Origin: Alphaproteobacteria bacterium
GTDB lineage: Bacteria > Pseudomonadota > Alphaproteobacteria > UBA828
DNA: 64,000 nt
Assembly (NCBI GenBank): GCA_965237415.1
Contig: CBDEFM010000002.1
Span: 1,440,001 to 1,504,000 of the forward strand
Direction: 5' to 3'
In this document: in pieces, positions 43,636-52,014 of the stretch
How positions within the stretch are numbered: position 1 is the first letter of the stretch
How the letters are laid out: every line of letters starts with the position of its first letter
Made by a program: the position numbers and the translations under genes
Notes under the pieces: generated by a model
What the model was told of the DNA's origin: nothing
Seen by the model: the letters and a program-made list of their open reading frames with translations, nothing else
Databases searched by the model: none

Positions 43636-44738
43636 TGCTGACGGTCAGCGCGCGCCTCACCCGCGGCGCCTTCACGCTCGATGCAGCCTTCGGCGCCGAA
43701 GCCGACGGCGTCGTCGCGCTGTTCGGAGCCTCAGGCGCCGGCAAGACCACCCTCGCCGACGCCATAGCCGGCCTCGTGCGGCCCGAGGCGGGGCGGATCG
43801 TGCTCGAAGACCGCGTGCTCTTCGATTCGGAGGCCGGAATCGACCTGAGGCCCGAGCGCCGCCGGATCGGCTACGTGTTCCAGGACGGGCGGCTCTTCCC
43901 CCATCTCAGCGTGCGTCGCAACCTGCTCTACGGGCATCGCTTCGCGCCGAGGGAGGGGCACTATGCCACGCTCGAGAGGATCGTGACGCTGCTCGGCCTG
44001 GAGGCGCTCTTGCACCGCAGGCCCGGCACCCTCTCGGGCGGCGAGCGCCAGCGCGTGGCGCTGGGGCGCGCGCTCATGGCCCAGCCGGAGCTGCTGCTCA
44101 TGGACGAGCCGCTGGCCGCGCTCGACGTGCCCCGCAAGGCCCAGGTCATCGACTATATCGAGCGGCTGCGCGACGAGATCGGCGTACCCATCGTCTTCGT
44201 CAGCCACGCTGTGGACGAGGTGGCGCGGCTCGCCGGAACCATCGTCGTCATGGCGGGCGGCAGGGTCGCGGCGGCGGGCCCGGCCGCCGAAGTCATGGCG
44301 CGGCTCGACCTCGACCCGCTGGCCGGGATCGAGGCCGCCGGCGCGGTGCTGGACGCGACCGTGCAGCGCCACGACACGGCCTATGGACTCACCGAACTGG
44401 CGGTGCCGGGCGGCATCCTCCGCGTGCCGCGGCTCAGGCTCGCGCCGGGGCGGCAGCTCAGGGTCCGCGTGCGGGCGCGGGACGTGTCTCTCGCGACGGC
44501 GGAGCCGCGGGAGACGAGCGTCCTCAACGTCTTTCGCGGCCGGGTCGTCGAAATCGGCCCGCGCCGCGGCGCCTCGGTCGACGTTGCGGTCGATATCGGC
44601 GCCCGGCTCACCGCACGGATCACGGCACGCTCCGCCGATGCCCTCGGTCTCGCTCCCGGCAAGGAGGTCTACGCGCTCATCAAGAGCGTCGCGGTCGATC
44701 CCGCCTCCCTGGTGCAGGCGGAACAGGACGAGGCCTGA
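43635..44738 (+). CDS. modC: Molybdate ABC transporter ATP-binding protein
   Basis: ATG at 43635 overlaps the modB TAA; GASGAGKTT, FQDGRLFPH, LSGGERQR, C-terminal Mop/TOBE region (SVLN..ALIKSV). Confidence 0.95.
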   Translation: MLTVSARLTRGAFTLDAAFGAEADGVVALFGASGAGKTTLADAIAGLVRPEAGRIVLEDRVLFDSEAGIDLRPERRRIGYVFQDGRLFPHLSVRRNLLYGHRFAPREGHYATLERIVTLLGLEALLHRRPGTLSGGERQRVALGRALMAQPELLLMDEPLAALDVPRKAQVIDYIERLRDEIGVPIVFVSHAVDEVARLAGTIVVMAGGRVAAAGPAAEVMARLDLDPLAGIEAAGAVLDATVQRHDTAYGLTELAVPGGILRVPRLRLAPGRQLRVRVRARDVSLATAEPRETSVLNVFRGRVVEIGPRRGASVDVAVDIGARLTARITARSADALGLAPGKEVYALIKSVAVDPASLVQAEQDEA

Positions 44739-44766
44739 CCCGGGATTGGGCGGAAGCGCCGAATCG

Positions 44767-45030
44767 TCAGGCCCAAACCTCGCCCGCGGCAGGTTCGCGG
44801 ACCTGGCGCCGTGGCGCCCCTTCGAGCCCGACGACATGCGGAACGGCAATCGTCTCATTGTCGGGCAGTGGCGCCTTCCGCGTCGCCTCCGCGTGTTGAG
44901 CGATGCTGGCGAGGCCCTTCAGCTTGTCGCTCCCCGGGAGCGCAGTCAGATCGCTGCCGTAGTACTCGAACCAGGGAAGACCGTGCTCCGTGTACGCCGC
45001 CGCTGTGGGCGGCTCGGTCGGCGGGGAGGG
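44767..45030 (-). pseudogene. 3' remnant of a conserved hypothetical gene
   Basis: Protein-like PPTEPPTAAAYTEHGLPWFEYY..LPGSDKL..QVRE with no plausible 5' part. Confidence 0.5.
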
Positions 45031-45157
45031 CCAGTTGGAGCTTACAGGCAGCACCGGGGTCTATGTCGGGCTGGCAGGGCGTTGCACATACGAGACCGAG
45101 TACCTGGCGAACAACCAGGTCATCACGACCACGGACCGCACCTGGCAGAGGGAGTGA
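45020..45157 (+). pseudogene. 3' remnant of a second hypothetical gene
   Basis: GGEGQLELTGSTGVYVGLAGRCTYETEYLANNQVITTTDRTWQRE*, protein-like, lacking a start. Confidence 0.4.
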
Positions 45158-45270
45158 TTCCGGCGAGCCGACGCACCCCTGTCGCGAGGTGCAAGCCCGC
45201 GCGCGGACTTGCACCGGGGCCGCCAACCTGCGACGCTTCGCGGCGGATAATCCTTGCGGCGGAGGGGGCC

Positions 45271-45552
45271 ATGGGCGCGGCGACGCCAACCCAGTTGATC
45301 GATAATGAGCGCGTGCGCGTTACCGAGTGGCGCTTCAAGCCCGGCGAGGCCACGGGATGGCACCGGCACGCGTTCGACTATGTGGTGGTGCCGGTGACGA
45401 CCGGGCAGCTCCACCTCAAGGAGCCCGACGGCGAGCGCACCATCGATATCGTGACCGGCACCCCCTATTTTCGAGAGGAAGGGGTCGAGCACGACGTCAT
45501 CAACCCGAGCGATACCGACGACGTCATCTTCATCGAAGTCGAGATGAAATAG
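45271..45552 (+). CDS. Cupin domain protein
   Basis: ATG after GGAGG; DNERVRVTEWRF, TGWHRHAFDYVVVP, GVEHDVIN. Confidence 0.88.
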   Translation: MGAATPTQLIDNERVRVTEWRFKPGEATGWHRHAFDYVVVPVTTGQLHLKEPDGERTIDIVTGTPYFREEGVEHDVINPSDTDDVIFIEVEMK

Positions 45553-45602
45553 CGCGCCGGCACGTCGCAGCACGACCCGACGCGGCCGGAGAGCCGGGTC
45601 GG

Positions 45603-45631
45603 CGTCAACGAATCGTCACATTTCCGTATTA
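45603..45631 (+). promoter_or_regulatory. Putative Pho box upstream of pstS
   Basis: 11-bp-phased cgtcaac(gaat)cgtcaca(tttc)cgtatta resembling CTGTCAT repeats. Confidence 0.55.
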
Positions 45632-45733
45632 TTTCCATCTTGGCCCGGCGTTAGCGTTTGCGCGTCATCCCGGGTGGCCACGCGGGCGCGTGTCCGTAGC
45701 CGGCGGGATGCGAGCAAACCCGGAGGAAGCGCC

Positions 45734-46780
45734 GTGACCAAGACACCCCTCGCCATCGCCGCGGCGGCAGCTCTTGCGCTGACCGCGTCCGTTGCGCTGA
45801 CCGACGCCGCGGAGGCCCGCGATCAGATCAGGATCGTGGGCTCGTCCACAGTTTTCCCCTTCGCCGCCGTCGTCGCCGAGGAATTCGGCAAGACCACGGA
45901 CAACAAGACGCCGGTGGTCGAGAGCACGGGCTCCGGCGGCGGGCTCAAGCTCTTCTGCGCCGGCGTCGGCGTCAATCATCCCGACATCACCAACGCCTCG
46001 CGAAGGATCAAGTTGTCCGAGGTCGATCGCTGCGCCGAAAACGGGGTGACCGACATCACCGAGGTCAAGTTCGGCTTCGACGGGATCGTGCTCGCCAACT
46101 CGAAGGCGATCGAGCCGTTCTCGATCACCCTGCAGCAGCTCTTCCTCGCGCTGGCCAAGGACGTGCCTTCGGACGGCGGGATTGTGGCGAATCCCAATCA
46201 GACCTGGGCCGACGTCGACGCGTCGCTGCCGGCGGTCAATATCGAGGTGCTCGGCCCGCCGCCGACCTCGGGCACGCGCGACGCCTTCGTCGAGCTCGCC
46301 ATGGAGGGCGGCTGCAAGACCTTCCCCGACATCGAGGCGCTCAAGAAGCGGGATAAGAAGGCATACAAGGTCCTCTGCCACTCGATCCGCGAGGACGGGG
46401 CCTTCGTCGAGGCTGGCGAGAACGACAACCTCATCGTCCAGAAGCTGAAGGCGAACCCCGGCGCGCTCGGGATCTTCGGCTACAGCTTCCTCGACCAGAA
46501 CCGCGACAAGGTGCAGGGCAGCACCATCAACGGCATCGCGCCCGACTTCGACACCATCGCCGACGGCAGCTATCCGGTCTCCCGCTCCATGTACTTCTAC
46601 GTCAAGAAGGCGCATGTGGGCGTGATCCCCGGAATTGAGGAGTATATCGCCACATTCACGGACGAGGACGCCTGGGGACCCTACGGCTACCTCGCCGACA
46701 AGGGGCTGATCCCGCTCCCCGATGCGGATCGCGAGGCCATGCGTACGCAGGCCACCGCGTTCGCCCAACTCTCCATGTAA
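45734..46780 (+). CDS. pstS: Phosphate ABC transporter substrate-binding protein
   Basis: GTG after GGAGG; RDQIRIVGSSTVFPF, ESTGSGGGLKLFC, GPPPTSGTRDAF, YPVSRSMYFY. Confidence 0.93.
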   Translation: MTKTPLAIAAAAALALTASVALTDAAEARDQIRIVGSSTVFPFAAVVAEEFGKTTDNKTPVVESTGSGGGLKLFCAGVGVNHPDITNASRRIKLSEVDRCAENGVTDITEVKFGFDGIVLANSKAIEPFSITLQQLFLALAKDVPSDGGIVANPNQTWADVDASLPAVNIEVLGPPPTSGTRDAFVELAMEGGCKTFPDIEALKKRDKKAYKVLCHSIREDGAFVEAGENDNLIVQKLKANPGALGIFGYSFLDQNRDKVQGSTINGIAPDFDTIADGSYPVSRSMYFYVKKAHVGVIPGIEEYIATFTDEDAWGPYGYLADKGLIPLPDADREAMRTQATAFAQLSM

Positions 46781-46814
46781 CAGGGCTCATCGCAAGACCC
46801 TGACAATATGTCGC

Positions 46815-46850
46815 CGTGGCGCCCGTTTCTTGCCGGGAACGGGCGCCGCG
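46815..46850 (+). terminator. Hairpin downstream of pstS
   Basis: cgtggcgcccgtt..aacgggcgccgcg followed by ttcgttt. Confidence 0.6.
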
Positions 46851-46908
46851 TTCGTTTGGCGCTGCAAATCCAAAGCCCATAACAGGGAGAGCGACAGGAG
46901 CATGTGCA

Positions 46909-47079
46909 GTGACGGATAACCCGCTCATTCTCGTGATCGAAGACGAAGCCTCGCTGACGACCCTGCTCCGCTACAACCTCGAGAGTCACGGGTTCCGTGT
47001 CGTCTCGGTCGAGAACGGCGACGGAGAGGACGATGTGATACGGACGGTGCGCTCGGCAGGCTACGCCTTCGTCAGCTAG
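46909..47079 (+). pseudogene. phoB: Internally deleted phoB (56 aa: receiver N-terminus fused to the extreme C-terminus)
   Basis: GTG after AGGAG; LILVIEDEASLTTLLRYNLESHGFRV joined via ENGDGE to DVIRTVRSAGYAF*. Confidence 0.85.
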
Positions 47080-47088
47080 CCCGACGCG

Positions 47089-47712
47089 TTAGCCGAACTG
47101 CGGCACCGTCTCGACCGCGCTCTCGCGCTCGTCGATGGCGACCTGCCAGCGGGCGATGTTGGCTCGGGGCGCAAGCAGGCTCTCGCCCTCCGGCGTCATC
47201 TTCAGATAGTGAAGCACGGGCAGCACCATGTAGTCGGCGAGCGACGCTTCGTCGCCGGCGAAGTGGACCTCGCCCTCGAGTGCGCCGTCGAGCGCGACGA
47301 GCGCTTTGTCGGACTTGGGCACGCTGCTCGCGACCAACGCCTCGTCGGGCTCACCGCCCTGCGCGGGGACAACCAGGCGCTGCAGCACGATGTCGATCGC
47401 CGGCCGGTAGAGATACTGGATGAAGACCGATGTCCACTGCCAGCAGCGGGCGTTGGCGAGGGGATCGGCCGGTTGCAGAGGCGGCCCGTCGAACGCGTGG
47501 TCGATGTAGTTGCAGATCGCCAGTGACTCGTACATGCGTACATCGCCGTGGGTCATGGCCGGCACCGAGCCCCAGGGCTGCATTGCCTTCTGCTCCGGCG
47601 ACTGCGGTGCGAGCGGATCGAGCTCGTATGGCACCCCCTTCTCCATGCACGCCATCCGGCAGGTGCGGACATACGTGCTCAGCGGTGTGCCATGGATAAC
47701 CAGTGTCGCCAT
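47089..47712 (-). CDS. Glutathione S-transferase family protein
   Basis: STYVRTCRMACMEKGV, PWGSVPAM, YESLAICNYID, SLADY. Confidence 0.88.
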   Translation of the reverse strand: MATLVIHGTPLSTYVRTCRMACMEKGVPYELDPLAPQSPEQKAMQPWGSVPAMTHGDVRMYESLAICNYIDHAFDGPPLQPADPLANARCWQWTSVFIQYLYRPAIDIVLQRLVVPAQGGEPDEALVASSVPKSDKALVALDGALEGEVHFAGDEASLADYMVLPVLHYLKMTPEGESLLAPRANIARWQVAIDERESAVETVPQFG

Positions 47713-47895
47713 CGTTCACTCCTTTATTCTGGTGGCGGCAGGCCCTGCCCACCCCGATCAACCGCTTATCTTGCACATCCTGCCCCTGGACTGCACCGGT
47801 AACGCATCGGGAACCGTGACACCGGTGTAAGTTGTTCGCCTGCCGGGCGCTGACTATGCTCACGGCGAAAGAGCGAGGCAGCGCGGAGGTGCGGC

Positions 47896-50148
47896 ATGCT
47901 GACCATCACCGGCTATTCCGACCGAATCAGCGTCCGGCCGGGCGAGACCATCAAGTTCATGGTCAATTGCGAGCATCCGACCTATCAGGCGGACATCGTG
48001 CGCCTGATCTGCGCCGACAACACGCCCTCCGGCCCGGGATTCAAGGAGAAACTGGTCAGCTCGCCGGTGAGCAAGCGGCGCAAGGGGCGCCGTCAGGCCA
48101 TCCACGCGGGCTCCTACGCCATGGTAGAGAGCCGGCGGCTGCTGGAGACGCTTGGCAGCTTCACCGTTCAGGCGATGATCTGGCCGACAACGCCCGGCAA
48201 GGGCGAGCAAGGCATCGTCACCAAGTGGGACCCGCGTAGCCGCACCGGCTTCGCGCTTGTCATCGACGATGCTGGCTCTGTCACGCTCAGACTCGGCAAG
48301 GCGGACGGCACGGTGGAGGCGGTGTCGGTCGGCAAGCCGCTGCTCGAGCGCCACTGGTACCTCGCGGCTGCCAGCTACGACGCCGAATCGGGCAGGGTCA
48401 CGGTCCATCAGGAGCCGCTCCTGCCTTACGCGCGGGCGAACGACGGCGGCACGGCGAAGCGCACGTTGGGGCCCGCTGCAGCCAACACCAACGCACCCAT
48501 CGTCATGGCCGGCATCTTCAAGCGGCGGCAGAAGGGGCGTGTGCTGGTGGACGGCCTCTACAACGGAAAGATCGACTCGCCCCGGCTGGTCGGCCGCGCA
48601 CTGGACCGGCTGGAGATCGAGCGCATGAGGAACGAGGCGATCCCCGCCACCATCGCGCCTGACATCCTCTGCGCCTGGGATTTTTCGCGCGACATCACGT
48701 CCATCAAGATTTCCGATCGCTCCCCGCATCACTTCGACGGCGAGATCGTCAACCTGCCTGCACGCGGCATGACCGGCTGGAATTTTTCTGGCGAAGAGAT
48801 GTGCTGGCGCCACGCCCGGCACGAATATGGGGCCATTCACTTCCACGACGACGATCTTTACGACGCAGACTGGGATGTGGACTTCGAATGGACCGTGCCG
48901 GCACGCGTGGCGAGCGGGGTCTATGCGGCGCGGCTCCGGGCCAAGGGCGCCGAGGAATACGTGCCCTTCGTGGTGTTGCCTTCACCGGGCAAGGCGGCGC
49001 GCATCGCATTCCTGCTGCCGACCGTCGAGTACATGGCCTATGCCAACGAGCATCTGGCCTTCGACGGCCCGCTTGGCGAGCTCCTCACCGGGCAGATCCC
49101 GACGCTGAACGCGAACCAACTCTTCCTCAACGAGCATCGGGAATACGGCGCCTCGCTCTATGACACCCATTCGGACGGCAGCGGCGTCTGCTATTCGTCG
49201 CGGCTGCGCCCGATCCTCAACATGCGGCCGAAGGTGGAGACGCCCTGGTCCTGCGCCGGCGAGGACGCGACCAACGCGCGCGAGTTCATCCTCGACATGT
49301 ACGTGGTCGACTGGCTCACCCACTTCGGGTTCGACCACGACGTCATCACCGATGAGGATGTCCACCGCGAGGGCATCGACCTGCTCAAGCCCTATCATGT
49401 GCTGATTACCGGCGGTCACCCGGAGTACTACTCCAAGGCCATGCGGGACGCCGTCCACGGCTTCACCCAGCAGGGCGGCCGGCTGATGTATTTGGGCGGC
49501 AACGGCTTCTACTGGCGCGTCGCGATGCACAGGGAGGTGCCGGGGGTGATCGAGGTGCGCCGCTGCGAGGCCGCCATCCGCACCTGGGAGGCAGACCCTG
49601 GCGAGTACTACCACAGCTTCACAGGCGAGTACGGCGGGATCTGGCGCCATCAGGGCGACACCGCGCCGCAGCGGTTGGCCGGCGTCGGTTTCGTCGCCGA
49701 AGGGTTCGACAAGTCCTCCTACTACCGGCGCATGCCGGGCAGCTTCGACCCCCGCTCACGCTTCATCTTCGAGGGGATCGGCGAGGACGAGCTGATCGGC
49801 GATTTCGGCTATCACGGCGAGGGCGCGGCCGGCAACGAGCTGGATGCCACCGATCCGCGCCTGGGCACGCCCCCGCACGCGCTGGTCCTCGCGCGTTCGG
49901 AGAACCACACCGACCTCTATCTGGTGGTAAACGAGGAGGTGCTTGTGAATCACTCCGGGCTCGGTGGCACCGAGCACGAGAAGGTCAAGGCCGACATGGT
50001 CTTCTACGAAACGCCGAACGGCGGCGCAGTGTTCTCGGTCGGCTCGATCTGCTACCCGGCGAGCCTGCCGTGGAACGGGTATGACAACAACATCGCCCGG
50101 CTCACCACCAACGTGCTCCGCCGCTTCGCCGACCCAACACCGTTCTGA
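47896..50148 (+). CDS. N,N-dimethylformamidase large (beta) subunit family protein
   Basis: GYSDRISVRPGE, YGAIHFHDDD, YMAYAN, SLYDTHSDGSGV, GHPEYYS, GGAVFSVGSI. Confidence 0.85.
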   Translation: MLTITGYSDRISVRPGETIKFMVNCEHPTYQADIVRLICADNTPSGPGFKEKLVSSPVSKRRKGRRQAIHAGSYAMVESRRLLETLGSFTVQAMIWPTTPGKGEQGIVTKWDPRSRTGFALVIDDAGSVTLRLGKADGTVEAVSVGKPLLERHWYLAAASYDAESGRVTVHQEPLLPYARANDGGTAKRTLGPAAANTNAPIVMAGIFKRRQKGRVLVDGLYNGKIDSPRLVGRALDRLEIERMRNEAIPATIAPDILCAWDFSRDITSIKISDRSPHHFDGEIVNLPARGMTGWNFSGEEMCWRHARHEYGAIHFHDDDLYDADWDVDFEWTVPARVASGVYAARLRAKGAEEYVPFVVLPSPGKAARIAFLLPTVEYMAYANEHLAFDGPLGELLTGQIPTLNANQLFLNEHREYGASLYDTHSDGSGVCYSSRLRPILNMRPKVETPWSCAGEDATNAREFILDMYVVDWLTHFGFDHDVITDEDVHREGIDLLKPYHVLITGGHPEYYSKAMRDAVHGFTQQGGRLMYLGGNGFYWRVAMHREVPGVIEVRRCEAAIRTWEADPGEYYHSFTGEYGGIWRHQGDTAPQRLAGVGFVAEGFDKSSYYRRMPGSFDPRSRFIFEGIGEDELIGDFGYHGEGAAGNELDATDPRLGTPPHALVLARSENHTDLYLVVNEEVLVNHSGLGGTEHEKVKADMVFYETPNGGAVFSVGSICYPASLPWNGYDNNIARLTTNVLRRFADPTPF

Positions 50149-50159
50149 GGACCGTTGCC

Positions 50160-50702
50160 ATGCCAGGTTATGTGATCGCCGATGTGACCGTGACCGATCC
50201 TGAGACCTATTCCGGCTACCGGGCACTGACGCCGGGTACGATCCAGGCCTTCGACGGGCGCTTCCTCGTAAGAGGCGGCGACTACGAGGTCATCGCCGGC
50301 GCGTGGACACCGGGGCGCCTGGTGCTGCTGGAATTCGATAGCCCGGCGCGGGCCGCCGCGTGGTACGACTCGCCGGCTTATGTGGAGGCGCGCGCCATCC
50401 GCCAGAGTGCCTCGACCGGCAACATGGTCCATCTCGAAGGCGACGGCGCCGCGCGCGGAGGCGGCAGCTTCTATCTCATCGTCCGCCATCGGGCCGGCGG
50501 AGCCGACACCAACCTCGCCAGCGCCGCCCACACCGGGCGGATTCTGGCAGGCGGCAGCGCGCCCACGGTCAAGGAAGGCAGGTGGCCCGACGGGCAGTTG
50601 TCGGTGATCGAGTTCGACGACCGTGCGGCGGCGACGGCCTGGTGCGAGTCTGAAGGCATCCGGCAGGTGGGGGGTGAGGCCGTACTGGTCGAGGGTGCCT
50701 GA
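50160..50702 (+). CDS. DUF1330 domain protein with a degenerate second repeat
   Basis: GGRF-like FDGRFLVRGG, LLEFDSPARAAAWYDSPAY; second half VIEFDDRAAATAW. Confidence 0.8.
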   Translation: MPGYVIADVTVTDPETYSGYRALTPGTIQAFDGRFLVRGGDYEVIAGAWTPGRLVLLEFDSPARAAAWYDSPAYVEARAIRQSASTGNMVHLEGDGAARGGGSFYLIVRHRAGGADTNLASAAHTGRILAGGSAPTVKEGRWPDGQLSVIEFDDRAAATAWCESEGIRQVGGEAVLVEGA

Positions 50703-50710
50703 CCCTTTCG

Positions 50711-51928
50711 TCACGCGGGCGCGGCGACGATGCCGCGATCGTGCAGCGCGCCGATGGCTCCGTCGCTGAGGCCCAGCACCTCCGCCAAAATCTCGTCGGT
50801 ATGCTGGCCGAGCTGTGGCCCCGGCTTGACGGCACCGCGCGGGGCAGAGGCGAAATCGAGCGGCGAGCCCGGCGTGAGCACGGGCCCGATCCCCGGTTGA
50901 TCGACCCGCTGGAACAGGGGATTCGCGGTCGAACAGAAGGGGTCTTCCGCCACCATCTGGGTATGGGTGCGGAAGGGCCCCCAGAGCACGCCGGCCTCGG
51001 TGAGGCGGGCGCCGACTTCCTCCAGGCTGTGGGCCGCGAACCAGGGCTCGAGCGCGGCCCGGAGCGGCTCTCTCACCTCCCAGCGATCGGCCTCGTCGGC
51101 GAGATTGACGCCGCGCTCCGTCTCGATCGCGGCGAAGGTCTCCGTAAGCCCGGTGGCCTGGCCCAGCGCCTTGACGTGCCGCGGCGTCACCACCACCAGC
51201 ATCGCCCGGCGGCCGTCTCTGGTGGCGAAGTCGCCGCCGAAGGTGCCGTACATGTCATTGCCGATGCGCGGTCGCTCGGCGCCGTTGATCTCGACATCGC
51301 CGATGTAACCCAGCGAGCCGGTGATGTGATAGGCGACGTCCGCGAGGCTGAGCCGCACCTCCTGTCCCTCGCCGGTGCGGCTGCGGTGGCGCTCGGCCGC
51401 GAGCAAGCCGATAGCGGCAGTAAGGCCGCAGGTCAGATCCCAGCCCGGCAGCACGTTGTTGACCGGCTCATCCAGATCCGCCGGCCCGGTGACGTAAGGC
51501 CAGCCCATGCGCGCGTTCACCGTGTAGTCGACGGCGACCGTTCCGTCCGGGTTGCCGATGATGCGGAGCATGATGAGGTCGGCGCGCTGGGCGCTGAGCG
51601 TCTCGTAAGAGAGCCAGTCGCCCACCTGGAGATTGGTGAGGAAGATTCCAGCCTCCGGCCCCGGCGCCGTGATGAGCGCGGCCACCAGCTCGCGCCCCTC
51701 CGCCTCGCGCAGATTGACCGCGAAGGAGCGCTTGCCCTTGTTCATGCCGGCCCAGTAGATGCTCTCGTTCTCGGGCGTGACCGGCCAGCGGCGATAGTCG
51801 AGTCCGCCGCCGAGCGGGTCGAAGCGGATCACGTCCGCTCCCATCTGGGCGAGGGTCATGCCGCCGAGTGGGGCTGCCACGAAGGCCGATCCCTCGACCA
51901 CGCGGAGGCCCTTGAGAATACCGTTCAC
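50711..51928 (-). CDS. Family III CoA transferase, mesaconyl-CoA C1-C4 transferase (Mct)-like
   Basis: GTG at 51928 after AGGAGG; EGSAFVAAPLGGMTLAQMGADVIRFD.GGGLDYRRWP, WAGMNKGKRS, AVDYTVN. Confidence 0.8.
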   Translation of the reverse strand: MNGILKGLRVVEGSAFVAAPLGGMTLAQMGADVIRFDPLGGGLDYRRWPVTPENESIYWAGMNKGKRSFAVNLREAEGRELVAALITAPGPEAGIFLTNLQVGDWLSYETLSAQRADLIMLRIIGNPDGTVAVDYTVNARMGWPYVTGPADLDEPVNNVLPGWDLTCGLTAAIGLLAAERHRSRTGEGQEVRLSLADVAYHITGSLGYIGDVEINGAERPRIGNDMYGTFGGDFATRDGRRAMLVVVTPRHVKALGQATGLTETFAAIETERGVNLADEADRWEVREPLRAALEPWFAAHSLEEVGARLTEAGVLWGPFRTHTQMVAEDPFCSTANPLFQRVDQPGIGPVLTPGSPLDFASAPRGAVKPGPQLGQHTDEILAEVLGLSDGAIGALHDRGIVAAPA

Positions 51929-52014
51929 GCCCGCCCTCCTTGCTCTTGCCGCCCCGCCCCCGTTGCGGGCCGGCCAACGGTGAGCGGGCTGTGTAGTCGC
52001 CATTCAGGCGACGA

